The position numbers were made by a program, and so were the translations under genes. Of a stretch of DNA of 64,000 bases, positions 1 to 11,188 are shown piece after piece. The notes under the pieces are model-generated. The model made no database searches and was not told the origin of the DNA. It worked only from the letters and a program-made list of their open reading frames with translations. The DNA comes from Mobula hypostoma. Taxonomy: Eukaryota. The stretch is from positions 13,022,001 to 13,086,000 of the forward strand of contig NC_086109.1 of NCBI RefSeq assembly GCF_963921235.1. Direction: 5' to 3'. Positions within the stretch are counted from its first letter, which is position 1. Every line of letters begins with the position of its first letter.

Positions 1-29
1 TTGGTATCACTGTTACTTTGTCTGCTTAG

Positions 30-503
30 TGATGCAGAGAACAGGTGAACCCAAACACAAGACCCTGGCACAGAGATAGAGTCGGGATGCAGACAAGGGC
101 ATGAGCATGACTGGAGCTGAACGACAAGCAGAAGGATGAACAGAAAGGCAGGCAGCAGGCAATACTTATCTTGACACAGAGCGTTGCTGGAGCTGAATGG
201 CAAACAGGAGGATGAACGGAAAGGCAGGCAGCAGGCAATGCTTCTCTTGACACGGAGACACAGAGTTAACACAAGCAAACCTCAGTAATGAAACAAAACT
301 TAGAATACACAATCCTAAGCAGCTGGGAACGTGAATTACCACACTGGCTGAAACAACGATCTGGCGATGAGTGGATGCAAAGCCGGGGTAATTATGCTGC
401 AGGTTTAGATGAGAATCAGGTGTGTCGCAATCAAGGAGCCCAGGAGAACACAGAGAAAAGAGAATTAGGAGAATATGAGGAATTAACGGTCGGGAACGTA
501 ACA
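30..503 (-). repeat. 3' LTR of the chromovirus (474 bp, contains a 76-bp tandem duplication)
   Basis: Direct repeat of 4892-5289; TG...CA ends; unit 111-186 is repeated from 187. Confidence 0.95.
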
Positions 504-3500
504 GTATCCCTCCACTCACGGGAGCCTCCAGACGAACCACCAGGCTTGCCCGGATTGTCACGATGGAAGTCTCGGATGAGGGAGGGGTCTGAGATATAGG
601 AGTGGGGGATCCAAGTGCTCTCCTCAGGACCATATCCTTCCCAATCGATGAGGTACTGGAAACCCCTGCCTCGGTGGCGCACATCCAGTATTCGCCGAAC
701 AGTGAAAGCTGGGTGATCGTCGATGACTCGGGCGGGTACAGGAGGTTCAGCAGGAGGGCACAAAGGGCTGACAGGCACAGGTTTCAGTTGGGAGATGTGG
801 AACGTGGGATGAATGCACATGGATCTGGGTAGTTTGAGTTTGACCGCCGCATGATTGATGATGCTCTCGATTTCGAATTGGTCCGATGTAATACGGGATG
901 AGTTTCTTGGATTCGGTTTTGAGGGGGATGTCTCTTGAAAAGAGTCAAACCTTCTGTCCAGGTTGATAGTTGGGTGCTGGAATCTGGTGGTGATTGGCGA
1001 TACTCCGGTTGCGGTCAGCGGAGCGGAGCAGGGCTGAGCATGTATCCTTCCAGACCTTGTGGCACTGGCAGAGATGGACCTGAACTGAAGGCACAGTGAT
1101 GTTGTCTTCGTGGGCAGGAAACAGAGGGGGTTGATAGCCCAGGGAACATTTGAAAGGGGACATACCAGTGGCAGCGCTGGTCAGAGAGTTGTGGGCATAC
1201 TCAATCTAAGTGAGATGGGTGCTCCAGGATGACGGGTTACTGGCGAAAATGCAGTGCAGTGCTGCTTCCAAGTCCTGATTGGCTCGCTCCGTCTGACCGT
1301 TAGTCTGTGGATGGAAACTAGAAGACAGACTTACTGAAGCTCCAAGGGATTGACAGAAGGATTTCCAGACTTAGGAGTTGAATTGGGGGCCCCGGTCAGA
1401 AACGATGTCAGAGGGAATTCCTTGAAGGCGGAAGACGTGTTGGACAAGGAGGTCGGCAGTTTCACGGGCTGTAGGGAGTTTGGGAAGGGCTATGAAGTGC
1501 ACGGCTTTGGAAAAACGGTCCACCACGGTGAGTATAGCTGTGGTACCATGTGAGGGGGGTAGTCCAGTGACGCAATCCAGAGCAGTGTGCGACCAAGGAC
1601 GGCCAGGGACAGGTAGGGGATGAAGCAGCCTAGCAGGAGGCCGTTGGGAGGCTTTTCCGCGGGCACACAGAGTACAGACGGAAACGAAGGAGCAAGTGTC
1701 AGCATCTTTAGTGGGCCACCAGAAATGTCACTTCAAAAGGGACAGGGTTCAACTGACTCTAGGATGGCAGGTAAACCAGGAAGTATGCCCCCATTGGAGA
1801 ACCTGAGAACGGCAGAGTCAGGCACGAAGAGACAATTGGGGGGTTCCATCATCTGGGTCAGGTTGAGTTCATTGGGCCTCTCTAACTACGGACTCGATCT
1901 CCCTGCTGAGGGCAGCCACGAAACAGGGTGGTAGAAGGATGGTATCAGGATCAGAAGGGTCCTCCTTGGAGACGTACTGACGAGAGAGAGCATCTGGCTT
2001 CACGTTCTTGGAACCAGGACGGTAGGTGAGGATGAAATTGAAGTGGCCAAAAAACAGTGCCCAACGGGCTTGGCGGGAGTTAAGGTGTTTAGCTGTCTGA
2101 ATGTTGCCAGGTTCTTATGGTCCGTCGAAACGATGAATGGGTGTTCTGCTCCCTCCAGTCAGTGCCTCCACTCCTCCAAGGTGAGCTTGATGGCCAGCTA
2201 CTCACGGTTCCCAACGCCGTAGTTCCATTTACCCGGGGATAGACGGCGAGAGAAGAAGGCGCAAGGATAGAGCTTTTGGTCTGGGATGGAGCATTGAGAG
2301 AGGACCGCCCCCACCCCAGTGTCGGACGCGTCCACTTCTACTATGAACTGGCGAGATGGGTCAGGCTGGACCAGGATGGGAGTGGAGGTGAAACGCCTCT
2401 TAAGCTCTGAGAAGGCTGAGTCCGCTTCGGGAATCCAGTGGAAGGGGGTCGCAGGAGAGGTGAGCTGGATAAGGGACGCTACCATCTGGCTGTAATCCCT
2501 AATGAAGCCACGGTAAAAATTGGCGAATCCCAGAAATTGCTGGAGTTGTTTAAGCGTTGTGGGTTTGGGCCACTCTGCCACTGCCCAGATCTTTTCGGGA
2601 TCTGCCCTCACCTGCTCACTCTCAATGATGTACCCAGGAAACTGACGGAATGGGCATGGAATTTACACTTCTCGGCCTTAACAAATAGCTTGTTCTCCAA
2701 AAGCCTCTGAAGAACCTGGCGGACATGGTGGGTGTGCTCCTGGAAGTTACGGGAGAAGATTAGGATATCGTCCAGATGAACAAAAACAAATCGGTGAATA
2801 AAGTCCTTAAGGACATCATTAACCAGAGCCTGGAACACCATGGGAGCGTTGGTCAGGCCGAAAGGCATCACCAGGTATTTAAAATGACTGAGGGCGGTGT
2901 TAAAGGCCATCTTCCATTCATCTCCCTCCCGTATCCTGCTCAGGTGATAGGCGTTCTGCAGGTCCAATTTAGAGAATACTATGGCTCCGTGAAGGGGCTC
3001 GAATGCTGAGTTGATCAGGGGCAGGGGATACTTATTCTTTATGGTAATGTTGTTCAGGTCACGGTAGTCAATGCATAGGTGTAGCAAGCCGTCTTTCTTT
3101 GCCACAAAAAAGAAACCAGCACCTACAAGGGAAGATGAGCGTCGGATGATGCCAGTCGCGAGGGAGTCATTTACGTACGTCTCCATAGCTTCTCTTTCTG
3201 GTTGCAACAGGTTATACAGCCAACTGGTGGGTGATGAGGCTCCAGGGAGAAGGTCAATCGCGCAAAAGTAAGGGTGATGTGGAGGCAGAGAAAGAGCCTG
3301 TTGCTTACTGAACACCTCTCCAAGATCGTGATATTCTACGGGAACGGTGGACAAGTCAGGGGGCTCAGAGGCGGACGAGGTAGCAGTGACCTCCACTGGG
3401 GGAAGGGCTGATTGCAGGCAAGAGGAATGGCAGAACGGGCTCCAGCTGACTATCTTCCCAGTGGGCCAGTCGACATGGGGGTTATGACAGTTTAGCCAAG

Positions 3501-3865
3501 GGTAGCCGAGAGCTAAAGGGGCCTGAGGAGAGGAAATTAGGTCGAATCGTACCTGTTCCCAATGGTTTCCGGAGAGAAGGAGAAGCAGGGGTTCCATGCA
3601 GTTTGTTACTCGGGCCAGGAGTCTACTGTCTAGTGCATTGGCATCCATGGGGGTACACAGAGGCTCATGAGAAATACTGGCTTGGAGGGCTAGGTTTTCA
3701 TCCATGAAGTTTCCCTCTGCACCGGAGTCCACTAGTGCTAACAGAGGTAAGGACTGTTGATTATGACACAGAGTGGCTTGAAGCTGCATCCGGGGTCGGG
3801 GGACGACAGGGAACGTTGTCTGGCTCACCAGAGTCCCCCCTGCTACTGGTGAGCCCTCCCTTTTG
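431..3865 (-). pseudogene. Gypsy pol (PR-RT-RH-IN-chromodomain), frameshifted and with stops
   Basis: ORFs 2608-3828 (PR and RT; catalytic motif reads HLDD instead of YLDD), 2198-2611 (RNase H), 945-1163 (integrase part) and 431-820 ([11 protein letters not shown] plus chromodomain [16 protein letters not shown]). Confidence 0.93.
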
Positions 3866-4875
3866 GCTGAAATGGACAGGAGGCAAGGAAGTGGCCGGAC
3901 TGACTACAATATAGACACCCGCCTGCTCTCATTCTCCGGAAACGTTCAGCAGGAGAAAGGCAGGCCCACCCCAGCTGCATGGGTTCCTCTCCCGGGACCG
4001 TTGAAGCAGTAGGGCTGGGAGCTACTTGGGGTGCAGGAGGAGAAGAGAGACTTGTTCTGGTGGGAGGCGGTAATGAGTGCCGAGGGGTGGCCAAAGGTGG
4101 TGGACAACCAGTTCTCTCTCTATGGCGTTCTCGAAGGCGATTGTCCAACCTGGTGACCAGGGAGATCAGGGAATCCAGGCTGTCAGCATCGTCTCTCACC
4201 GCCAACTCGTCCTTTACAAGGTCACTGAGTCCATTCAGAAAAACTCGCTGGAGTGACTCATCGTTCCACCCTGAGTTGGCTGCTAACGTCCGTAACTCCA
4301 CTGACTATTCAGCATCACTGCGGGAGCCCAGGCGGAGAATGAGTAGATGCTTAGCGGCATCTTTACTTCAGAAGAGGTGATCGAAGACTTGTCTCATCTC
4401 CACTAAAAAACTGGTGAAAGAGGAGCAGATATCAGGTTGGTTGTCCTAAACTGCAGAGGCCCATGCTAATGTGCTCCCCCGTAGCAACCCCTTGACATAA
4501 GCAATTTTAGACTTATCTGTGGAGTAAGTCGAGAACTGCTGTTCAAACACCAAGGAGCACTGAAGGAGGAAACCCCAAAACTTCCCCGAATCTCTTGCAT
4601 CTCCAGCTCTGGTACATGAGGCTCTCTGGGTGGGGGTATTGGTGAAGTCTGGGGGGTTGCGCTACAGGCTGTCTGGGCTGGCTAGGCTGGGTTCCAGGAG
4701 TGGGTTGAGTGATATGAGTGGAGACCCAGTCCAGCTGGTTACCGATCTGCGTAACATGAGCAAACAAGGAACGGAGGTTCTCCATGACCCCCCAGAGGAG
4801 CTGGTCGTGCTGTCCCAGTAGGGAACCCTAGCTGGCGGGGGCTTGTTGAATGGTGTTTGTGTCCGCTGGGTCCAT
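3843..4875 (-). pseudogene. Gypsy gag, disrupted
   Basis: Begins MDPAD at 4875, stop near 4828 and frameshifts; ORF 3843-4301 has [19 protein letters not shown] and [14 protein letters not shown] (sushi/PEG10-like gag). Confidence 0.9.
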
Positions 4876-4891
4876 GGTGGCCAGATCATTC

Positions 4892-5289
4892 TGATACATA
4901 AAACGGGTAAACCCAAACGCAGGACAGCGGCACGGAGATAGAGTTGGGATGCAGACTAGGGCGTGAGCGTGGCTGGAGCTGAACGGCAAACAGGAGGATG
5001 AACGGAAAGACAAGTGGCAGGCAATGCTTCTCTTGACACAGAGAGGCAGAGTTAACACAGGCAAACCTCAGTACTGAAACAAAACTTAGAATACACAATC
5101 CTAAGCGGCCGGGAACGTGAATTACCACACTGGCTGAAACAACGATCTGGTGATGAGTGGATGCAAAGCCGGGGTATTTATGCTGCAGGTTTAGATGAGA
5201 ATCAGGTGTGTCGCAATCAAGGAGCCCAGGAGAACACAGGGAAAAGTGAATTAGGAGAATATGAGAAATCAACGGTAAGGACTGTGACA
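4892..5289 (-). repeat. 5' LTR of the chromovirus (398 bp)
   Basis: Direct repeat of 30-503; TATA-like ATAAATA on the minus strand at 5175-5181. Confidence 0.95.
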
Positions 5290-6199
5290 CTTAGTAGTTG
5301 TCCTTTGTTTAAACTTTAAATAAATGATTGAAAGAATCAAACTTTTTCACTCATTATTGAACTACTGAAAGAACCTAGGGCTTGATAATTACCAAGATAC
5401 AACACTCCTGATGTTAATAAGTAGTTTATCTGTTTGGTTTAGTTGAGAATGAAACTTCATGCATACCAATAGATCACATTCAATCTCTGGGATTTTCTTA
5501 AAGGAGTCAAAACCAAATGAGCAAGATTAGGCCATCTGGCCCATCAAGTCTGCTCTGCCATTCCATCATAGTTGATTTATTATTGCTCTTTCCTATTCTC
5601 TTGCCTTCCCCCATAAACTTTGATGCCCTGACTAATCAAGAACCGACCAACCTCCACTGTATGTCTATCCAATAACCTGGCCTCCACATCCACTCTATCC
5701 AGGCCATTCAATGTGTACTTTGATAATAAATTTACTTTAGATTTTGAACTAGAAGTAGGAGTAGATGATACACCACCTCAGTCTACTTGGTTTTCAAAGA
5801 AGGTGCAAGGAACCCAAAAGTAAAACAGCAGGCTGGAAACATTCAATAGTAGCATTCCTCTATATGAGGCATATGCTCGTCTCTATAATTACATCATCTG
5901 TTGATGAGATACATGGAGGAACATGATTAAAGGAGGTTGTGTGCTTTTTTTCTCCTCTATTGGGTTATTTGATCTTCAACTAATTATTCTAAACAAGTAA
6001 GTAAAACCATGTCACACAATTGAGATGCTGCTCATTCTCCTGAATGGCATGAGATTTCCAAATCTGTTCTATCTTGTCATCTCTGGTTAGGTCTAAATTC
6101 CAATGTACAACACACCAGTTTCAACAAAGAATGCTTTTGTAATTGACTGCCATAAAATAGGTGACATCGTAAGGGAAAGAGACCTTTCTCCGATAGTTC

Positions 6200-6430
6200 A
6201 CTTTCCTCTCCTATCAGATTCTTTCATCTCCAGCCCTTGACCTTTCCCACCTACCTGCTTCACTTATCATCTTCTAGCTAGCTTGCTTCTCCTCCCCCTG
6301 CCCTACCTTTTTATTCTGGCATTATCCCCCTTCCTTCTCACTCCTGAAGAAGGGTCTCAGCCTGAAATGTCAACTACCATTTCCAGAGACGTTGCCTTAC
6401 TTGCCGAGTTCCTCCAGGATTCTGTGTGTT
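6200..6430 (+). mobile_element. Penelope-like element 3'/pLTR fragment with degenerate hammerhead
   Basis: Pyrimidine-rich tract, then CTGAAGA-AGGGTCTCAGCCT-GAAA-TGTC at 6344-6371; resembles 13100-13495. Confidence 0.75.
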
Positions 6431-7786
6431 TTGGATAGAATTCACAAAGTTGTGCTTGCAAAGGTTAGACCAGTACTTGTTAATGGTCACCTGGCTGTCA
6501 ACTCTCAGATTTGTTTGTACAGCAGATTAAATGAGGAAACATTATCAGGAACTCAAATCACAAGAATTTAATTTATGTTGACTCATAAAGGACATTTATT
6601 GAGTGAATACAATGCATGTTTATGGAAAATAGCCCAGAAAGGGAAAATTTGGCTCCTAATCAAGCCCATTGTTCAAATGGTATTTTTTTAGGTTAGTCCC
6701 ATTGTTTAGCTCTTTGTTGAAGCCTTTAATGGCCATGGTTCTTCAAATGGTCAACCAGTTACTTCACCTTGGTAGTGCGGTTTTGCCTTCACCATTGTTT
6801 CTGACTCATTCTACTCAGTGAATGAAAAATAACTCCACACCTCCGCACTTGGCATTCCGTAATTAAGCTACAGATAAATGAGAAGAAAGCATCAACGTGC
6901 CACACAGAACTGAGAGGGGCAAGGAATAACAAGCATTGCTGTGGTGTCATGAGTGTAACGCCTTGAAGTTCTGTCGGCGGAGAAGTCATGATGCTTCTCG
7001 CAGTGAGTTGTTCTCCTGCAACAAATATGCATACCAGTTTGGAAGCTAACAGAACAGGATGTTGTAAATATGGTCACCCCTCCCTTCTGATCAACAATAG
7101 CCTGATATAATAGCAGCCGTAGATCTAAATATCTTAAAGACCTTTTATTCGATGGAGGAACTTTGCTAGCAAAATCATTCTGTCTTTGTGGAATGTGCAG
7201 CAGTAGAATTTACAGTCTGTTATGTTTTGTAACTTCAAAACTTTAAACAAATTCAAAGGAAGACATGGGAGTCTGAAATGCCGGTCTAACTTCGAGTTTA
7301 CATTAAGCGAGGCACACACGTATCATAAGGTAACATGATCACCCATGCAATTGATGTTATTTATACATATAACCCATAATTATTTAAACAGACAAGGATG
7401 CTTAATCAACAAGATATTTGCAATATTACTCAGATATTACTGAAATATATGAAATACTCAACACTCCTTCCTGCTTAGCTATAAATTCCAACTTAATATA
7501 GAATGCATCTCAACTATATAAACAGTATATTATATAATAACACTGCTGTATATAGATATCAATGGCATATTAATTTTTAATTTGTCCCATTGAGGCTTAA
7601 AGATTAAATCACTGTGGAAGATGTCTTACTCTCGTGGGATAATGTCTTTCCTGATAAAGGAGGTCACTCTGCTTAGCAGGTGAGACTTGTGGCTGTGAAA
7701 ACAATCTGAGGTTCTGGGGCCTCCTTCATGGCGGTTGTGTGAGTTGATTCTGAGACTACAGGAAGAGGTTCTGACAGCTCTGGACA

Positions 7787-8511
7787 CCTTTCTTCTTCCT
7801 TTTTCATCTTCTAGCTTGTGCATCTTGTTCTTGGGAAGGTGCATTTAATTCACTAACATTATCTTATTAATCCTTCTATTGCTCCCTTTTTGATCCGATC
7901 TCTTCTCTTGGTTTCCTGATCCACAACATCATCTGATGAATACAACAGGAATTCTGCAGATGCTGGAAATTCAAGCAACACACATAAAAGTTACTGGTGA
8001 ACGCAGCAGGCCAGGCAGCATCTCTAGGAAGAGGTGCAGTCGACGTTTCAGGCCGAGACCCTTCATCTGATGAAGGGTCTCGGCCTGAAACGTCGACTGC
8101 AACTCTTCCTAGAGATGCTGCCTGGCCTGCTGCGTTCACCAGCAACTTTTATCATCTGATGAATACTCTGTTTTCATATTTCTCTTTCTTTTTGGCCATC
8201 CATCCATCCAGCTGGGCTTTGGTCATTGCAGCTACTTTTACAAGCACCTTTTAGCCTCCCACTTAATGCACGCAGAGTAGATTCTGATTCTTTATACTTA
8301 CAAAAGCCGAATGTTTGCAACTTTCCTGAAGCTCCCTGAACTCTCTTCCAGCTGCCCGATTAACATATCAGAAGCTATCTCAGGTAAGTCGCCTACCAAA
8401 AATGTTGTAGTTGGCAATGCTTTCATCACTTTTACAATTCTTCTGAGCAGCATGGTCCTTCCTTGGTCCAATATGCTTTCCACCCAGTGGCACAGAGATT
8501 GGCACCAACAC
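7787..8511 (-). pseudogene. RBM25: Processed (intronless) RBM25 mRNA fragment covering the RRM region, inside a Gypsy element
   Basis: Minus-strand translation across frameshifts: VLVPISVPLGGKHIGPRKDH..PTTTFLVGDLPEIASDMLIGQL / WKRVQGASGKLQTFGFCKYKESESTLRAL / VLVKVAAMTKAQLDGWMAKKK / DQETKRRDRIKKGAIEGLIR / SELNAPSQEQD. This is collinear with vertebrate RBM25 as recalled (VLVPTVSMVGKHLGARKDH..PTTTVFVGNISEKASDMLIRQL..WKRVQGASGKLQAFGFCEYKEPESTLRAL..LLVKVDAKTKAQLDEWKAKKK..DEETKRRDQMIKGAIEVLIREYSSELNAPSQE). Interrupted by the 7944-8150 insertion. Confidence 0.92.
7944..8150. mobile_element. Foldback Penelope-derived pLTR/hammerhead insertion
   Basis: Inverted arms 7984-8067 and 8069-8152 (about 82/84 matches); flanking direct repeat ATCATCTGATGAATAC at 7928-7943 and 8151-8166. 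Confidence 0.9.
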
Positions 8512-8888
8512 ATGTTTGTCCTCTTGTTTTCATGGTGTTCGACATGAAGACAGTTGTGACAGCATCCAATATCTTTCTTAATTCACTTTCATTTGACCTG
8601 ATTGCAGGGCATGTGGCATGCAAATTGTATGGTTATCCTAGCAAATTGTAGTTGTCTCAGCCAATCACGTCCCCACAATGCTGGCCCTTCTGTTTTTACC
8701 ACATAAGAGCTCAACTTGGTTTGTTGTTTGTTGTATTTCACTGTTACGAATGTCATTCCCACAGGATTTATCATTTCCTCAGTACAAGTGCTTAGTTGAT
8801 TACCTGCAGACTTCAGTTTGGTATCTTTGAAAGACTGTTCAAACTCACTTTGTGGAGTGACTGAAACTGCTCAACCAGTGTCTAATTC

Positions 8889-9363
8889 TTTTCTTTTTCA
8901 ATCTTTTTATTAATCTCATAGAATGAAAACATAACAAAGCAAAAATACAAGTAGTAGGAGATACATTGTTACATTTTAAATGAGTAATTGTAAAACCAAA
9001 TAGTAAAAATTAACAAAGCTCCCAATCGTGCAGAATAATAATGAATAATACAAAGCAAAAAAAACTGAAGAAAAATCATGAAAAGAAAAAGAAAAAAAAA
9101 CAAACCCCATCCCCAAAAAAAACTAAACTAAACAGAATTAGTCAACTAAACTAGAAGACTTGGGCAATACTAACAACTTGAAAATGGGAAAGAAGAAAAC
9201 CTTAGTGTCGACGACTCCACTCCTCTCAACCAACAGTACAGAGAAATAAAACGAGTTTGGAAATGGTCAAATTACATCAAATGAAAATGCTGAATGAATG
9301 GCCTCCAAGTTTTTTCAAATCTAATGGAAGGGTCATAAACCGCACCTCTAATTTTTTCCAAAT
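8889..9363 (-). mobile_element. 5'-truncated L1-clade LINE 3' end
   Basis: ORF2 C-terminus NLEKIRGAVYDPSIRFEKTWRPFIQHFHLM*, T-rich 3' UTR, AATAAA and A-rich tail; 18-bp TSD TCAACCAGTGTCTAATTC (8871-8888, 9364-9381). Confidence 0.88.
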
Positions 9364-9435
9364 TCAACCAGTGTCTAATTCCATTTTAATTAACTTGCTG
9401 TTCACTTCTGGTGTCAGCTAAATTGCTTGTCTATT

Positions 9436-9604
9436 CAAAAACACGAGAAATCTGCAGATGTTGGAAATCCAAGCGTTAAGCACAAAATGCTGAAGGAGCT
9501 CAGCAGGCCAGACAGCAACTGTGGAAAAGAGTAAACAGCTGACATTTCGGGCCAAAGCCCTTCATCAGCATTAAGTTCCTTCAGAATTTTCTGTGTATTG
9601 CATA
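9436..9604 (-). mobile_element. Penelope pLTR/hammerhead fragment with short inverted tail
   Basis: Minus-strand CTGATGAAGGGCTTTGGCCCGAAATGTC; 10-bp TSD CTTGTCTATT (9426-9435, 9605-9614). Confidence 0.85.
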
Positions 9605-9903
9605 CTTGTCTATTGTTAGTTTTCACATAATAAATCTCAAGGCTATACAGTCCCGAGTCAGCCTCATCATTATCAGATTCTTCATCAACAGCATGTAGAT
9701 TAGTGCTTTTTTTGAAATTGCAACTTGACTTTTTATGTTTTTCTCTCCTCCGTGCAGTCCAATTATTTTTGTCTGCCTGACATTCCCTTTGTATGTCTCC
9801 CACTTCATTGCATTTTCGGCAAGTTTCACCTTTACAGCTGCGTTTGTTTTGTGAATGGGAGCCCCTGCCTCAAGAGTAACACGATTTATTTAGCCAAGGC
9901 AGT

Positions 9904-10550
9904 AAATTGACAGTTTTGTCTGGTATAATTCCTCAACGTATTCACGGTATTTCTGTATCAGACCAACACGTAATTGCATTTGTCACATTATTGGCTAGAA
10001 GGGCTATTTTATTAAAATGGAAAGATGCCTCTGCTCCCACTTTGATAAAATGGTTCTCTCAGGTGATGTTATGTCTTAGTTTGGAAAAAATTAGAAGTCG
10101 AACTTTTGATCCTAGATTTGACTTCGAGAAAAGGTGGGGTTCTTTTGCCTGTTATTATCATTTGGCTTGAGTTAATAAAGTTGGTCCTTTTCTGATGCTT
10201 GGGTATATGGATTTGGTTGGCAGTTTGATGCCTTTTTTTTAAATGGAAGCTTATATGGCGTATAGCTCCAGGTTTGTGCTCCAAATGTTTTCTTTCCCCT
10301 TGTTTTTTTAGTTATTAGGGTTTTTTTTCTGTTTTAGTTAGTAGGGGTTCTTTTTTTCTTTCTTTCTTTTTTCCATAAAAAAGCTTTATCATTTTGTTTT
10401 TTGATTATTATTGATATACTGTTCAGCCTGGTTGATAGTTTAACTCTTATTCTACATATGGACATGTTGTCTTGATTATTTTGATTTATTTTTCTCTGTT
10501 GTTGATTTTCAATAATAATTAATAAAAAGATTTAAAAAAGAAAAGAAAAA
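9904..10550 (+). mobile_element. 5'-truncated L1-clade LINE 3' end
   Basis: ORF 9907-10170 (LLARRAILLKWK..LSLEKIR..FEKRW), 3' UTR, AATAAA and A-rich tail; TSD CCAAGGCAGT (9894-9903, 10551-10560). Confidence 0.9.
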
Positions 10551-11034
10551 CCAAGGCAGTTTCTGTTTAGATGCTGCAATTTTGCTCATGCTCAGTCTCT
10601 ATCTGTGGCTTCCATTGAAACAGCAGTTTAAACTGTTCTTTCGAATATAAGTTGAGAACCGTTTTTGAATGCTTTCTTTTAAGATTCCATAAACTAAACA
10701 ATCTCAGTGCATCTGACAATGCTCAGACAATCTTTTCAATTCAGCCAAGTATGCTGAAATGGACTCCCCTTCTTTTTGATTCCACTTATGAAAGCTAAAG
10801 CACTCTGCAATCAACAATAGCTTCAATTCTATGTATTTGTGCATCACTTTAACAATCTCAGTAAAGTTCATTTCTGGCGGTTTGGTTGCAGCAGTCAAAC
10901 TTTGAAGCAAACTGTATGCCTTTAAACCCAATGCACTCAGCAAAACTGGCACTCATTTCTCATTGGCTATTTCATTTGCTTCAAAATACTGTTCCAATAG
11001 CTCAGTATATATGAGCCAATTACCTAATGTGTAA

Positions 11035-11188
11035 GCAAGAGAAAATCTGCAGATGCTGGAAATCTGAGCAACACACACAAAATGCTGGATACAGTCCGAC
11101 TGAAGAGTTTCGGCCTGAAACACCAACTGGACCTTTTTCCGTAGATGCTGCCAGGCCTTCTGAGTTCCTCCAACATTTTGTGTGTGTA
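11035..11188. mobile_element. Short foldback Penelope pLTR fragment inserted in gag
   Basis: Inverted ACACACAAAATGCTGGA/TCCAACATTTTGTGTGT arms; 13-bp TSD ACCTAATGTGTAA (11022-11034, 11189-11201). Confidence 0.85.

Larger units (their letters stand above)
30..5289 (-). mobile_element. Full-length Ty3/Gypsy chromovirus (Tf1/sushi group) LTR retrotransposon, decayed
   Basis: Paired TG...CA LTRs at 30-503 and 4892-5289; 5-bp TSD CTTAG at 25-29 and 5290-5294; purine tract abutting the 3' LTR (504-520); gag CCHC knuckle, protease LVDSGA, RT, RNase H ([11 protein letters not shown]), integrase and chromodomain in Gypsy order on the minus strand. Confidence 0.97.

Noticed and set aside
7876..8254. 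Near-identical ORFs on both strands (NAAGQAASLGR...)
   Set aside because: Artefact of the palindromic non-coding Penelope pLTR; the same peptide appears at 22965 and 51237.
8298..8513. Minus-strand ORF ending at GTAAGT as a live exon
   Set aside because: It is part of the frameshifted RBM25 retrocopy; the apparent donor is the C-K-Y codons of the RRM, and homology continues past it.
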